Source: Geosiphon pyriformis uo1 | Taxonomy: Eukaryota > Fungi > Glomeromycota | NCBI GenBank assembly: GCA_016748015.1 | Contig: JAAOMT010000602.1 | Location: 819,696-883,695 of the forward strand | Direction of reading: 5' to 3' | DNA length: 64,000 bases | Shown here: positions 11,406 to 24,517 of the stretch, in pieces | Position numbering within the stretch: the first letter of the stretch is position 1 | Layout of the letters: each line of letters begins with the position of its first letter | Notes under the pieces: generated by a model | Database searches by the model: none | Seen by the model: the letters and a program-made list of their open reading frames with translations, nothing else | Told to the model about the DNA's origin: nothing | Position numbers and translations under genes: made by a program

Positions 11406-13023
11406 TTAAACTTTAATTTTATATGTATTGACTTTAAGGAATTGGCTATTTATATATTCAGCTAAACGCAGATTAACTAATTCTAAACCAGGCCCCCCAT
11501 CTGAAAATTTGATGCGTTACCACTTTCCATCCAAAGCCTTTCACATACATTGGAGACATAAAATGGGAGAGCACCATTATGTAAACTCGAAAATTGATTT
11601 GTGTCTCGAAACATTGATTCTTCCAATAGTGAGGTAATATTTGTAATGGTATTTTCTAGATTTCATAGTAGCGCATTACCATTGTTTAGAGCAACGAATA
11701 AGATTTTAAAATGATCGCTTTTATCATGTTATCTGAATACCTGTAAGAATACGGTCCAGCCCTTTTTCATCATCACTTAACTCAGTGTTGCATATTGATA
11801 TTTCTTCCAATGCCCATAGCATAAAATAGGCGGCGTCTTTTATTAAGATATCTTCGAATTCATTAATTCCTTTTTCCACCATGGTATAATTAGAAGATAA
11901 TTCATGAAAATAATCATATGAAATATTATCCTCTTCTGTTTTTTTACAGATTATTTGATGACATTCTTTGGCCACAACAAAGGCAACTGGTTTCTTGAGC
12001 CGTGGTTCGATTTTATTACATGTATTGATCAGCAGATGGACAATTAAATCTCTTGGATCCTGCTGATCGGTAATTGAATCATTATTTTGCAAATGATCAT
12101 TTTGATCTTGCATAGCGTCCATAACAATAATCTTTGTCAAGGTGTAAATTGCACGTATTAATAGTTGGAATGAGCTTACAATCGCCTTCAAAATTTCTTC
12201 GTGATGAGATTTGTGTAATAAAGGCGATCGAATAAAATCTAGATGATTAATAGTCATTAATTAAGTGAAATTGATCTTAAGGTGACATGAAACAAACTGT
12301 AAAGAATTTTAGCAATTAACTTGCCTAAAAGGTTTTCAGCAACATTGCTGAAGCTTTTGATGTAAGAAGAGTATTCCTTCGGTGACTTAAAATACCCTAT
12401 CTCGGTTCCAAAAGCTGCGAAAAGTCCAGTCAGTTTGAAACTCATATATTCAACTATCTTTATGATCTCTTTTGTCATGAAAGCACTGGGCTCTTTTGAT
12501 AATTTCGGATAATAAAATGGAGACCAGGGTGGTACTATAATGTGGCCTGACGTCTTCGCGGATATTGAAGCTTGGTGAAGAAGCTTCATATGCTGCAGAA
12601 AAGACAGAGCTTGCGTGATATCAAACATCCTCCAAGGACCTTTGGTTAAAATCACAAACCTTAATCAAATTTCTATAAGATCCTTTTTAATCTTCTTTTA
12701 TTCGCGAAATTACCTTCATCACCGATATTAAGTTCTCCGAAAGCTAACGCATTATCATCTTTGTGTTCCGTAATTAGATAAGGTGAAGTAATCATATGAT
12801 TCTCTATGATTATCTCCACGTGTTTCTCAGGAACTTTTTCGTTGTCTGTAGATGAAATTAGATGTACTTTTTTTAGGTTTCGACAAAGGCATCATATTTA
12901 AAAATTCCCAAACCGCTTTCCAGATTCTCTTTCCTGGAAATCAATTCACCCATCTCACTCAGACATATTCGTTGTCTCAGATGCTCTACTTCGAACTGAA
13001 GGTCTAAAAAACGGTTCCGCCAT
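11406..13023 (-). CDS. Hypothetical multi-exon protein (5' exon structure uncertain)
   Basis: ORFs 12257-12655 and 11724-12257 join in frame through a GC-AG intron (12324-12239). A further GT-AG intron (11740-11656) extends the frame. Composition is gene-like with CpG retained. The 5' exons could not be phased cleanly, and the stop is 11483 or 11406. Confidence 0.55.
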
Positions 13024-13500
13024 AGTTCAGATAATCTTTCATTGATTATTTTCTTCCCCGAAGTTGTAAAACGCGTAATACAATCAATATATTCTGTTTA
13101 AAGGAATGATTTTTTGTGATCGATTTGCAGATATTGTAAAATCCACATAAATAGAGAAAAGCGGCAATAACCATTGATTGAGACTTGCGTAGGTTTGCTT
13201 CTTAAGATTACTATCGCCTTTGTAAAGTAATGGAGTTAGACTGATCAAAATAAATGAAATCAGTCATACAGAAATAGCACTACCAAGCATAATTTCAGTT
13301 TGTTGTTTGTATCGAAAGAATATTTATGGAATTGATTGTCAACAGAATTTTCCATCAAAACAGAATTCATCAGAGATGTTTCTTGAACCTGCTATTTAAA
13401 TCCAATTGGAGTAGTGATTGGTCTGATCTTGTAGCTCAATCAAGTGAGATCATATAAAAAAAAAGATTAATGGCAAAAGTTTCCCTTCCTCAAATCAAAC

Positions 13501-15135
13501 ATGATATCTCTTCGCGTCCTTCGTTCACTTCCATCCCTCCCAACCATTAGTCAGCCAATTAGGGGATCTGGACTCTCTAGAACGTCATATAGACATCTAT
13601 CTTTCTTTGTAAAAACCCCTCCAACCTTCTTTAACCATCAAATACTGAAAGGTGGAGACTTTAAGGTAGAAGCCATATTTAGAAGTTAAAGATATATTTT
13701 TCCTTTGCTCTTATTAATGTATTTTTTGCTTTCTTTTTGCACTTTGCCAAGTTGGGTTGTTCTACATCCAAACCACCGCATAGTCTCTCTCAAGTCCGCA
13801 CAATTAAGACTCTTGACTTTGGTGGGACTAAAGAAAAGGTCTATGAGCGTTCGGACTGGCCCAAAGAAAAATATCAAGAGTTTTTTAAAAATGATACCAT
13901 CGCCGTTATCGGTTATGGGCCTCAGGGGAGTGGTCAGGCTTTGAATGCTAAGGATAACGGATTGAATGTGATCGTTGGATTGCGAGAGAATGGAAGGAGC
14001 TGGAACGAGGCCAGGAAGGATGGTTGGGTAAGTCTTTAAAATTAAAATATGCCTTCATTCTTATATTGGAATGGTTACTTATTTTAGTGCTGTTTAAAAC
14101 AGGAACCGGGAAAGAACCTATTTAGCATTAATGAGGCCGTCGAAAAAGGTACAATTGTATTGAATCTGCTTTCTGATGCAGCTCAAACACTATTGTGGCC
14201 AGAGATCAAACCCCATCTTGCAGCCGGAAATACTTTATATTTTTCGCACGGTTTCTCGATTGTATATAACAAGGAGACCAAAGTTATTCCGCCAAATGAT
14301 ATCGACGTCATTCTGGTAGCACCCAAAGGGTAAACTTCTTTAATTAATTAATTTTTCATTGAAACTCATTAATATTTGTTTGTTTTGGAATAAATACAGC
14401 TCAGGTCGAACTGTACGTTCTCTTTTCCTTCAAGGTCGGGGTATCAACTCTTCAATTGCCGTACATCAAGATAGCTCTGGAAAAGCAAAAGATAAAGCTG
14501 TTGCCTTGGGGGTGGCTATTGGCTCAGGATATCTTTACGAAACCACCTTTCAAAAAGAAGTTTATTCTGATCTCGTAGGAGAACGAGGTGTTCTCATGGG
14601 GGCAATTCAAGGATTGTTCCTTGCTCAGTATGAAGTGCTACGTGCTAATGGACATTCTCCTTCGGAAGCTTTCAATGAAACCGTAGAAGAAGCGACACAA
14701 TCTCTATATCCCCTGATCGGAGAAAACGGAATGGACTGGTAAGTCGATTTTACAAATTTGCTGCAATAAAAGTTTCTTTTGCGTTTGATAAATCTTATTC
14801 TACATTCAGGATGTATTCATGTTGCTCGACTACTGCACAACGTGGCGCTTTAGATTGGTACAAACCGTTCCACAAAGTCACGAAACCAGTTTTTGAAGAG
14901 CTTTATAAAAAAGTAGCTGATGGCTCTGAAACAAGACGATCGTTAGAAAAGAATTCCTCGCCTAATTATCGTGAAGAATTAGAGGTTGAATTAAAAGAAA
15001 TTAAGTAAGTTTGTTTCAATGCAATCTTAGTCTACAAAGTAAAGAGATATTAAATTCCAACTTTTGTGCATTAGGGACAGTGAAATTTGGACAACAGGCA
15101 AAGTCGTACGAAGCTTACGCCCGGAGAGAAAATGA
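13501..15135 (+). CDS. ILV5: Ketol-acid reductoisomerase, mitochondrial precursor, multi-exon
   Basis: R/S-rich presequence. Motifs [76 protein letters not shown]. Last exon [18 protein letters not shown] ends at 15135. Confidence 0.97.
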
Positions 15136-15319
15136 AATCAATAGCAACTCAAAATATAAGGAAGCACCAAAATAGGAATCTAGTGTTTCCCGCCTCTCGA
15201 TTTGAGATTCATATTTTGAAAAGGTGGGTAAATTCCTGCGAGTCTAAAACTTGGACATTGAAATGTCCACAATAAATAGCAGTGAATCAATATTATACCA
15301 AAATAAAGACATAGAATTA

Positions 15320-16229
15320 TTAAATGCTGACAAGTGTGATTCAACCACAACCTACAGAACATGACAGGAAATAACATATAGTAAAAGCAGTTCACGCGGT
15401 TTTTATGTGTGACCAGCAATCCGAATTAATGTAAAAACTACATTAGACAGATTAAATAGACCATTTGCTTTCATCTTGCCAATTAGCTAAAGTCAAACAA
15501 ATTGATTACATAAATATATTATCAATATTTATATTATTAACATTAAAAAAACACAAATCAGTCCTTTTTTTACCTTTAACAATGTTTTTGGTTATTTTAA
15601 TTATAAGCATTTCAAAAATCAATTTTTTATAGCTGTAAATTTAATATTTAAAAGTAATTTAAATTACCAAGAAACTTAATTTTAAAGAATTTAATTTAAA
15701 ATGAACTTTTTATTAAATATAACAAAATAAAACTTAACATACAAAATTATTACTTTAATATAAAAAACCAAATCAATAAATTAACTTGTAAGAATTTTAA
15801 ATATAATAAATAATTTAAACCCAAATTTAATATTATAAACATATATAATATTTTAAAATATATTAGTTTTTTATAAATATAATTTAATATACAGAAGCAG
15901 ACTAAATAATCTTAATTAAATATAGCTTATGTACTTACTATATATAATCAGTTATTTAGATCAATTAAGACAATACTATATACTTATATAAATACTAGCA
16001 TTATTATCTATACTTAAAAAACAAACAAATTCTGTACAAACCAAAATTAACAATAAATAATTCAATAATATTAAACAATTAAATAATATCATTAAACAAA
16101 ACATTAAACAAATTACACAAAATATTTAACAAAATTTTTATATTACTAATTAAGTTATTTTTTTCTATATCTATTCTAAATTTAAATTTAAATAGTCACA
16201 ACTTATTATAATATTCCTCAATTAAACAG
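15320..16229 (-). mobile_element. 3' end of the old, degenerate host LINE
   Basis: gttcacgcggtttttatgtgtgaccagc (about 15390-15417) resembles the LINE 3' UTR motif at 46008-46040, followed by AT-decayed sequence. Continues after the Gypsy TSD at 44047. Confidence 0.55.
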
Positions 16230-17106
16230 TGTTATAGATGATTATTTGGGGTCTCAAATCAAATAACAAACCCATAACTTGGTGCTCAATTGATAGTATT
16301 GTTGGTAATATCTGAAGATGTTGTTTATCTGAAGGTTTTGTTGTGGAGTCCTTTGTATAATGAACAGAGATTTAATGGTTGTCTTTCCAGTAGTCTCTCA
16401 GAATTGCAATTCTGTCAAATTTTTTTTTCAGCATAGTGGCCAGTAATCTTGGCAGAGATGCCCTTCTGGTAAGCTATCCTTAAATTCTCAATTCTTATAC
16501 CCTTTCTTTAGGATCTTTTACCAGACTATCCATAATGTTAATAACTCAGCACTTAATCTTCAAGTAATTAATAAAACAAAAGAGATAACAAAAATAAAAG
16601 AAATTTAAAAGAAATAAGCCAAGGCAATGAATGTTAATATCTCATCAATAGCCATGATCAAGAGCTATTGGTTCAATGTGATTAAGTATCAATTACTATC
16701 AATACTTCATGTTGATAGTAGAGAGTGAATTTGGAATTGTAAAAATAATTATTTATTTGATATTTGTGAGTTGGAAGATTGCTAGATTAAATCTAAACTG
16801 AAAAGTCTCTAACTAAAAAAATTTTGTTCCTTTTTGTTTTTAACACTACTGCTATATATACATAATTGAGATTTCTTAATTCCTCAATTTTTCACACCAG
16901 AAATCTTGGAATTTCTGTAATCCTGCAATTCTTTTTGAGAGAAATTCTGGAATTCTGGAATTCTGGAATTCTTTGTATGAAAATCTTGAAATTTCTGAAA
17001 TCCTGCGATTCCTCTTGAAAAAAATTCTGGAATTTCACATTTACTATGGTTACTTCTAATTGGCTAATTCATATGTTAATATACTCCCTATATTCTATGA
17101 GTAATA
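16230..17106 (-). repeat. 3' LTR of element B
   Basis: TGTTA...TAA(T)A termini. Shares diagnostic sequence with 43146-44046 rather than with 26465-27242. Confidence 0.92.
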
Positions 17107-17120
17107 TTATTTTCTCTTTT

Positions 17121-17788
17121 TTAATATTGAGCTTCATCAAAATCTCCCAAATTTTCTAACTCTAATTCTCTGTCTTTGAATATTTCTTGAACTTCTTTTT
17201 CGAAAATTACTTGAGTTATTTTGTTCTGTAATTTTTCAAATTGGGTGTTGGTTATCTTTCCCATTTGGTTAACTGTAATGGAATCCATTTCTGGATTAAG
17301 TAAAATTTCCAGTCTGTCTTGAAATCTAACATGCAATTAATAGATGGCTCTTGCTTGTGTTGTTAGATTGTTCTTTCCCACAAATTGTTCCAATTGTTGC
17401 AGTATTGTTGTGTTGAATAATTGTTTTGTTTTATTTGTATATAAGTTCTGAATATTCAAGTATTGTCCTAAGTAAAAATAACAAAAGTTTCTTGGAAATT
17501 CGTGTATCCATTATTTTCACATTTTTCTGGTCAACTCTTGATATGTGGTAACACTTGTTGGTTTTTCTATTGCTAATTTTATTTTCAGAACCATTATGTC
17601 AATCATGTTTTCTGTTTTTCTTTGACTTTTGTATTTGGGTATCTTTCTGGTATCTCAGTATTGAATGGTTTACTAATTAATAGTAATTTTCATATTTTGT
17701 TGTTGAATTAGTTGGAAGATTTGTTGTGCTAGCAAATGAATATTGTCAGTAATTTCTATTTTTTGAAGTCTTCTGTTGTGTCTATCAT
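17121..17788 (-). pseudogene. ORF3 of unknown function downstream of integrase (A/B family)
   Basis: FPRNFCYFYLGQYLNIQNLY...LEQFVGK...LLNPEM...QFEKLQ...DFDEA, homologous to 35456-36118. Confidence 0.7.
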
Positions 17789-20700
17789 GTCTTTATATCC
17801 TTTTTTTTTTTTTTTTTATTGTTCAATTTTTATGTGTTTGGTCCAATAATTATGATTGGTTCCAGATCTCATGAAATCTCATCTGGTTGGACTAATATTC
17901 TTTGTACTTCTAATTGTAGAATATTACTGGTGGATGGTGACACTATATGGTAATATGGTTTCAGTTGATCATCATGTGCTGCTTTGGCTAAGATTTTGTT
18001 GTTTTATCTTAATTTATAAGCTCTGTTTTCCAGAATTTTTTCTATGTGAAATAGTCCATCTCATTTGGGGTCAAATTTTCCACTTCATTGTTTTTCCGCT
18101 TTGGTACAATATAGAAGTACTTTGTCTTCAATCTTGAATTCAACTGGTTTCTCTGGTAGTTGGTTATTATGTCTTTTTTTTTGTTTTTCTTGTGACTTTT
18201 GGATATTATCAGCTGCTTTTTGCCATTTGTTTTCTAGTATTTCCATTAAGTCATATGTTCTTCTTAGCAATGTTTTCTGAAAATTGTCTTCAATTATTGG
18301 TTTTGTTGAATAAGTATTGACTTTTATCTCAACTGGTAATGTTGCTGTTCTATCATATACTAATTCAAATGGTGTTGCTTGTGTAGTGTTCTGCTTCATT
18401 GTCCAATAAGCAAATAATACTGCTGATATAAACAAGTCTCATTCATCCTGGTTTTTTTGACTGATCTTGGCAATTGATTCACACAATGTTCTATTGAATC
18501 TTTCAACTAATCCATTGGTTTGTGGATGGTATGGTAATGACAATGGTCTTTTAATTCCAAATCTTTGACTTAATTCTGTTAGTGTTCTGTTCACAAAGTG
18601 GGTTCCTTGATCTAATAGTAGTTCTTTTGGACATTCATGTCAACAGATCAAATCTTGATAAATAAATTTGGTAACGGATTCTGCATTTGCTCTTTGAATA
18701 GTTTTTGCTTCTGGCCATTTTGTGAGATAATCCATGACTACTGCAATATATCTGTTGCCTCTGCTGGTGATTGTTAATAGTCCAACTAAGTCAATTCTGA
18801 TACAGTCGAATGGTTGTCTCATTTTGATTGGTCTCAATGGTTCACTGGATTTTGTTTCACCTTTTCTTTGACAAACATTACAACTTTGAATGTATTGAAT
18901 AATGTCTGAATATATTGATGGCCAATAGTATCTTTTCCTGGTTCTTTTTATGGTTGTTTTTTTGTGAAAATGTCCTGCTGTTAAATCTGAATGCATGTTA
19001 AATAATATTGTTTCTTTCTCTGGTTCTGTGATTACTCTGATTAATTGATCTGGATTTCTTCTGTTCTTCTGATAAAGTATATTTTGGTGGTTAATAAAAT
19101 ATTTTGATTGTTGTTTTATGTTTCTTTGTTCCTTTTAAGATAATTTTTTCTTGAACAATTGGGTATTTATATAATGTTGAAGTTGTTGGTATTTTTGTAT
19201 ATTTATCTTTTGTTATATTTTTAAGTTGAAATGCTTTTAAATTTGTCTTATTCATGATAATTTGTTGGTATTTCCATTGTTTTTTCCCTTTTTATAATGT
19301 ACTGTATAATTAAATAGTGAAAGTTCTATTTTCTATCTGACATGTTGATCATCTCCAAATTTTTGCTTCTGGATTGAAGTCAATTTTTGTGATTTGTATA
19401 TATTTCAAACTTTTGGCTTAAGTATTCTTTTCATTTCATGACTGTCCAGTAGATTGCTAAGTGTTCTAGTGCTGGAGTTTGATAGTTTTTTTCTGCTGAC
19501 TTAAGCTTCTACTGGTGTAAGCTACTGGATGCTCTCTTTCATCCGGTCTTTTTTGTGATAGTACTGCTCCCAACACTTAACCAGATACATCAGTGGTAAT
19601 CATAAATGGTTTGCTGTAATCTGGATACATCAATACTGGAGCTTGGATAAGCTTTCTTCTTAATGTGTTGAACACTTTTTGTTGAGCTTCAGTCCATTTA
19701 TACTTCACATTCTTGGTTTGTAAATGGTGAAGTGGCTAAGCCAATTTCGAAAAGTCTTTGATAAAGTGGCAATAATAGCCTATGAATCCCAAAAATGTTC
19801 TTAATTCTGTCAAATTGGTTGGTACTAGAAAGTTCTTAACTACTTCAATCTTGTCTGGATCCATTTTGATTCTATCTTTGCTTACCACATGTTCCAAAAA
19901 CTTGAGTTCAGTTTTTCCAAAGAAACATTTAGTTGTATTTAGTTTCAATCCAGCTCTTTTTAATCTTTTAAACACTTGTTGGAGATAATGCAGATGATCA
20001 TCGAATGTTTTTGAAAACACATTGGTGTTATCCAAGTATATGAGTACTGATTTCCATAGTAATCCAGTATAGACAATTTTCATGAGTTATTGAAATGTTG
20101 CTGGAGCATTTATCAAGCCAAATAGCATAACTTCAAACTCAAAATTTCTTTCTTTTGTGGTAAATGCTGTTTTCTTCTTGTTGGCTGAGTTCATGGCTAT
20201 TTGTCAGTAACCACTATCTAAATCTAATGTTGAGAACCATTTATTTCCTCCAAAAGTGTTAAATAGTTCTTGGATCTTTGGAGTTAGATAACTATCACCT
20301 TTAGTTACTCTATTCAGTTTTTGATAGTCCACACAAAAACGGATTTTTCCATTTTTTTTTCAGACTAGTACCACTGGTAATGACTATGAACTCATTGATG
20401 GCTGAATTAGCCTATTGTCAAGCATCTAATTGATTTCTTGATGAATGATCTCATGGCTAGCTGATGGTACTTTGTATGCTTTTTGTTTAATTGGCATTGT
20501 ATCTCCAATCTTAATCTGATGCTGGATGATGTTGGTGTGGCCAAATTCATTTTTGCTAGCACAGATGTTATTGAAATTGCTGAGTAATATCTTTAGTTGC
20601 ATTTGTTGGAGTGGGTCTAGATTTTTTATGTTTATTTGTTCCAATTGTTCTAGTTGGAACAGATAACATTTGCTTTGTCTATAGATGATTTGTGATGTAA

Positions 20701-23535
20701 TATTCACATATCTGCAAAGCTGTAAAAAATCTGGAATGTGATTTGGTGGTTAATCCTCAACTTTGGTGGTTAAATATTCAATGATGGTTCTCTTTGGTAT
20801 TTTAATAACACTTCTCATTGTGTTGTAAATGAGAATTTTGATGTTTTTGGGACTTTTGGCTGATATTTAGAGATTAGTGAGTCCAATATCTCCTGATTTG
20901 CAAATGGTAGCTTCTGCTTCAAACAACTGAGCTTGATTCTTTACTTCTCTTTTAATGGCTAACATATACTAGTCATATGGTGAAATGGAAATTAATTAAC
21001 GGTTTGAGTTAATTTCTTCTTTGTCAATAACTTCTTCCTCTGCCATATTAACTAGTATATCTATTCTACCTGTTGATCTGAATCTTTGTATTCCTCTAGT
21101 AGTAATCTCTAATTCTTCCCTGTTTCCCACTGACACTAACTAAGCTATTTTCACCAGAGGTAGGAATATTGCCTGTGCTATCTTTTTATTTGAATCTATG
21201 ATATATGTTTTTTTTGAGTCATTTTATAGCATTGTAATAATATTTCCTATGTATTCTGCATCAATTATTTCTCCTCTGATGTTGATTTTTTTTTGGCTAA
21301 GCTACTTCTAGATGCTAACTGAACCATTGTTGTTGCTGGAATTTTCAGTGCTATTTTGAGATCAATACAGGTGCGTAAATGGGATTTCAATTTGATGAGA
21401 TCTTTTCCCAGATATCTTAGATTAAATCCTGTATTAGTATCATGTGCATGTTCTGGCATAATACCTTTATTGTTGTCACTGAATCATTTTAGTTTCTGCT
21501 CCTTGGTAAGATCAGGGAGTACAATATATGTTTCAGAATTTGAATCAGAATCCAAATCATTGTTATTTTTGTTGTTATATTAAGCAGAGCTGGAACTGTT
21601 ATTTTTGTCATTATTGTTGTCAAAGTTTGAATTGGAATTGAGAGTTGATTCCAATTCTAATGTGTAGCAGTTGATTGGTTCATCTTTTTCTGAGATTGTG
21701 TAGATCATGCATGGTGGGGGATTGTAAATAAAATCACACTCATTACAATATTAAAAGTTACATGAAATTAGGCAATATTGACACAGTTAAGTGTTCAGCT
21801 GCTCTAAGCATTGCTCTTATTCTTCTCTTGTGGGCGTTAGTTCTTGGTAGTGTTTGTGGAATTGTTCTGGATCCAGAAGATTTATAACTGGTTCTGGGTC
21901 CCAGTCAAGCTCTATGGGCTCTGGTGGGTTGTTCTTGATTTCTCTAATTTCTTTGAGTGACACTCTTTCTATTTTGGCAATTGTTATTCTCTATATCTTA
22001 TTGTCATTGTGTGAACAACTATCCAATCGCTGTATGGTTCTTCTTCAGATGGCTTCTATTGGTGTCCCTTTCCTAATCCAGTCACTGATGAAGATCATGT
22101 ACTGGCACAACACATCGCATGTTCCTCCTCAACCAGGAATGTCGTTCCACATTCTTTTGTTGAGTAATGTTTATCCACAAGCTAGACAAGGCTCGTTGTC
22201 CCATTTTCCTTGCCATTTTGGATGTTCAAAGTGTTTTATGATGCATGTATGACAGTAGAATTTGGTCGCTGTTGAGTATTCCTTATCATTGCTATAGCAT
22301 GTGCTCATTGATGACAATTTCTTGTTGCAATCATCGCATATAAGCTTTGGTTGACAATAGTTTGGTTGTGGTGGTGTATAATTATATGTAGAGTGAGTAA
22401 AGGTTGGTATTGAATTTTTTTCTTTCTCTTTTTCTTTCCCTTTACTATTATTCTCTTTCCATTTCCAGGTTGTTGATAATTTATCCTAATTGTTGTCAGT
22501 TCCCCAATTTTGATCGTTATTCCATATAGGTTCTTTTTTTTGTTTTTTTTTGTCTTGGTGATCTCATGAAAGCACTGGTGATAATTTGTTGTGCTCATTG
22601 TTGGCCCACAAAATTTGATATGCTTCCCAAGTAGGTTTTTTTTTTTCTTCTTCAAACTCGATGAGTGGTGCTGTTGGTGTGGTAATTGGTCTGAAGTGAT
22701 CACACATGGCTGGTACATATGTGTTGACTGTTTTGACTGAGCTGAAGCTCTTAGGTGTTTCAATTAAGCATCACATGGGTTTTGAACAGCCAGTCATTGC
22801 CAACAAGTACTTGGTACTGGGTGGCTTCCATGATTAATATCTTGATTGGTATAATGATGTCATTGACTTCAATGGGTAGGGCATCTATTTTACCAATTGG
22901 AGTCTTGGTGACTCCATCAGTGGTGATTATCCTTGCACTGGCAGCTCAATCAATTCAGCAACCTAATTGGTCTATAAACTGTCTTGTAATGATGCTGCCA
23001 GCTGATTTACTATCTAGGATTAGTTTGATAGACTGACCATCAATTTTAGCATCAGTGTACATCACCATAATAGGTTTTTCCTCGAGTGTGGCTCCACTAA
23101 ACAAAGAGGTTTTTGTTAGTTCTTTAATTTCAAAAAGAAATATAGCTGCTAAGGATTTGTCTTCTATGATGGTGGCTGGCGGAATATTGCTAGTAAGTGG
23201 TTGCTTCTGTTTGGGTTTCCAATTGTTGGATGAGGCATCTTCTGGGGTAATCAGAAGACTTAAATAGTTCTGAGAACTTGGGTTTTGAGTATACCCGGCT
23301 TCTGAATTCCACTGTCGTAATCCTGACAGCTGGTTGAATAAACTGAGAATCAGTTGGTAAACAACTATTGCTGATCTCCAGTTTTGGGTAACTCTTGATT
23401 TAAGGTTTCCTAATGTTATTTGAGCTGAGTTTAATGGCAGTATTTGAACTGTGGGTGTCTGATAAATTATTTGTGACTGCAATGGTTGATATATTACTGG
23501 TGGCTGTGATTAATAAACTGGAGGTCGATATATGG

Positions 23536-24517
23536 TATTACCAGACAAAATTAGAGATATTGTTTAGCATGAAATTACCCTTATAAATCTTATCATTAAT
23601 TAGCATATATTATTATTTCAAATTATCACTTATTACATTAGAAAAATGTCCGAAATTATCATTTAATTAATAACCAATTTGTACATAACACAAATGTAAC
23701 CTAATTGTAATGATCAATCATGCAATACCCCGAACTATGTAACATTCAAAAAGTTCGCTGAAATTTGTAAAAAATTCACTGAAATAATTGATAGTTTGCC
23801 AAAATATCTAATAGTTCATAGAAATAACTTGTAGTTTGCCGAAATGTATCTTTAGTTTAGCAAAATTATAGAAAATAGCAAAATTTAAGTTCATAGAATA
23901 GTGTTATGACAAGTTGTATAAAAGAAGAGCTTTTCTCTTCGAGAAAATGTATCTTATTTCAGATTTAATAATCAGAATCATCTTTTATATACAAAAACAA
24001 AATAAATATCAAATAATTCAAAAAACCAAATTCTTTAATTATTTGCACTTGGAAAATCTCCAAGAACCCAACTAACATTTTTGAAATTGATTAGCTACCA
24101 ATTTCAGTAAACTGTTAGTGACTTCAGGCCTGGATAAAAAACGTTTATTTTGACAAAATTCTATTTCTTTTACATTTCTTTTATTTTTTTTTTCTTTTTT
24201 TATTACAATTATTAAGGTAGCCTACAGACAAGATTTCTGTAGAAGAGTTGACTTTCACAACAAAGTAACTATACATTTTAGTGAGCTTCCAGATGAGCAA
24301 TTCCTGGGAAAGAGTTGACATTTACTACAACATAACTACATAAAGTAACTGGCAAGGAATTGGCCATTCCATTCATAAGCCCAGCAGTTCAAATTATAGG
24401 AGATAATTTGAAGATAAATTCAGTTATTGAAGGTTTAACCACATCTAGAAAACGTGAATTCACAGCAAACAGGCATCAACAACATTGAAGAAAAGAGACC
24501 AAAAACCTCTGGTAACA
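23536..24517. mobile_element. Solo LTR (or non-autonomous element) of a third family, inserted in gag of A
   Basis: Inverted termini t(a)ttaccaga...tctggtaaca. TSD ATGG at 23532-23535 and 24518-24521. Homologous to 54460-55411. Confidence 0.85.

Noticed and set aside
12255-12259. TAATG stop-start overlap suggesting translational coupling
   Set aside because: Lies inside a plausible GC-AG intron that joins both ORFs in frame.
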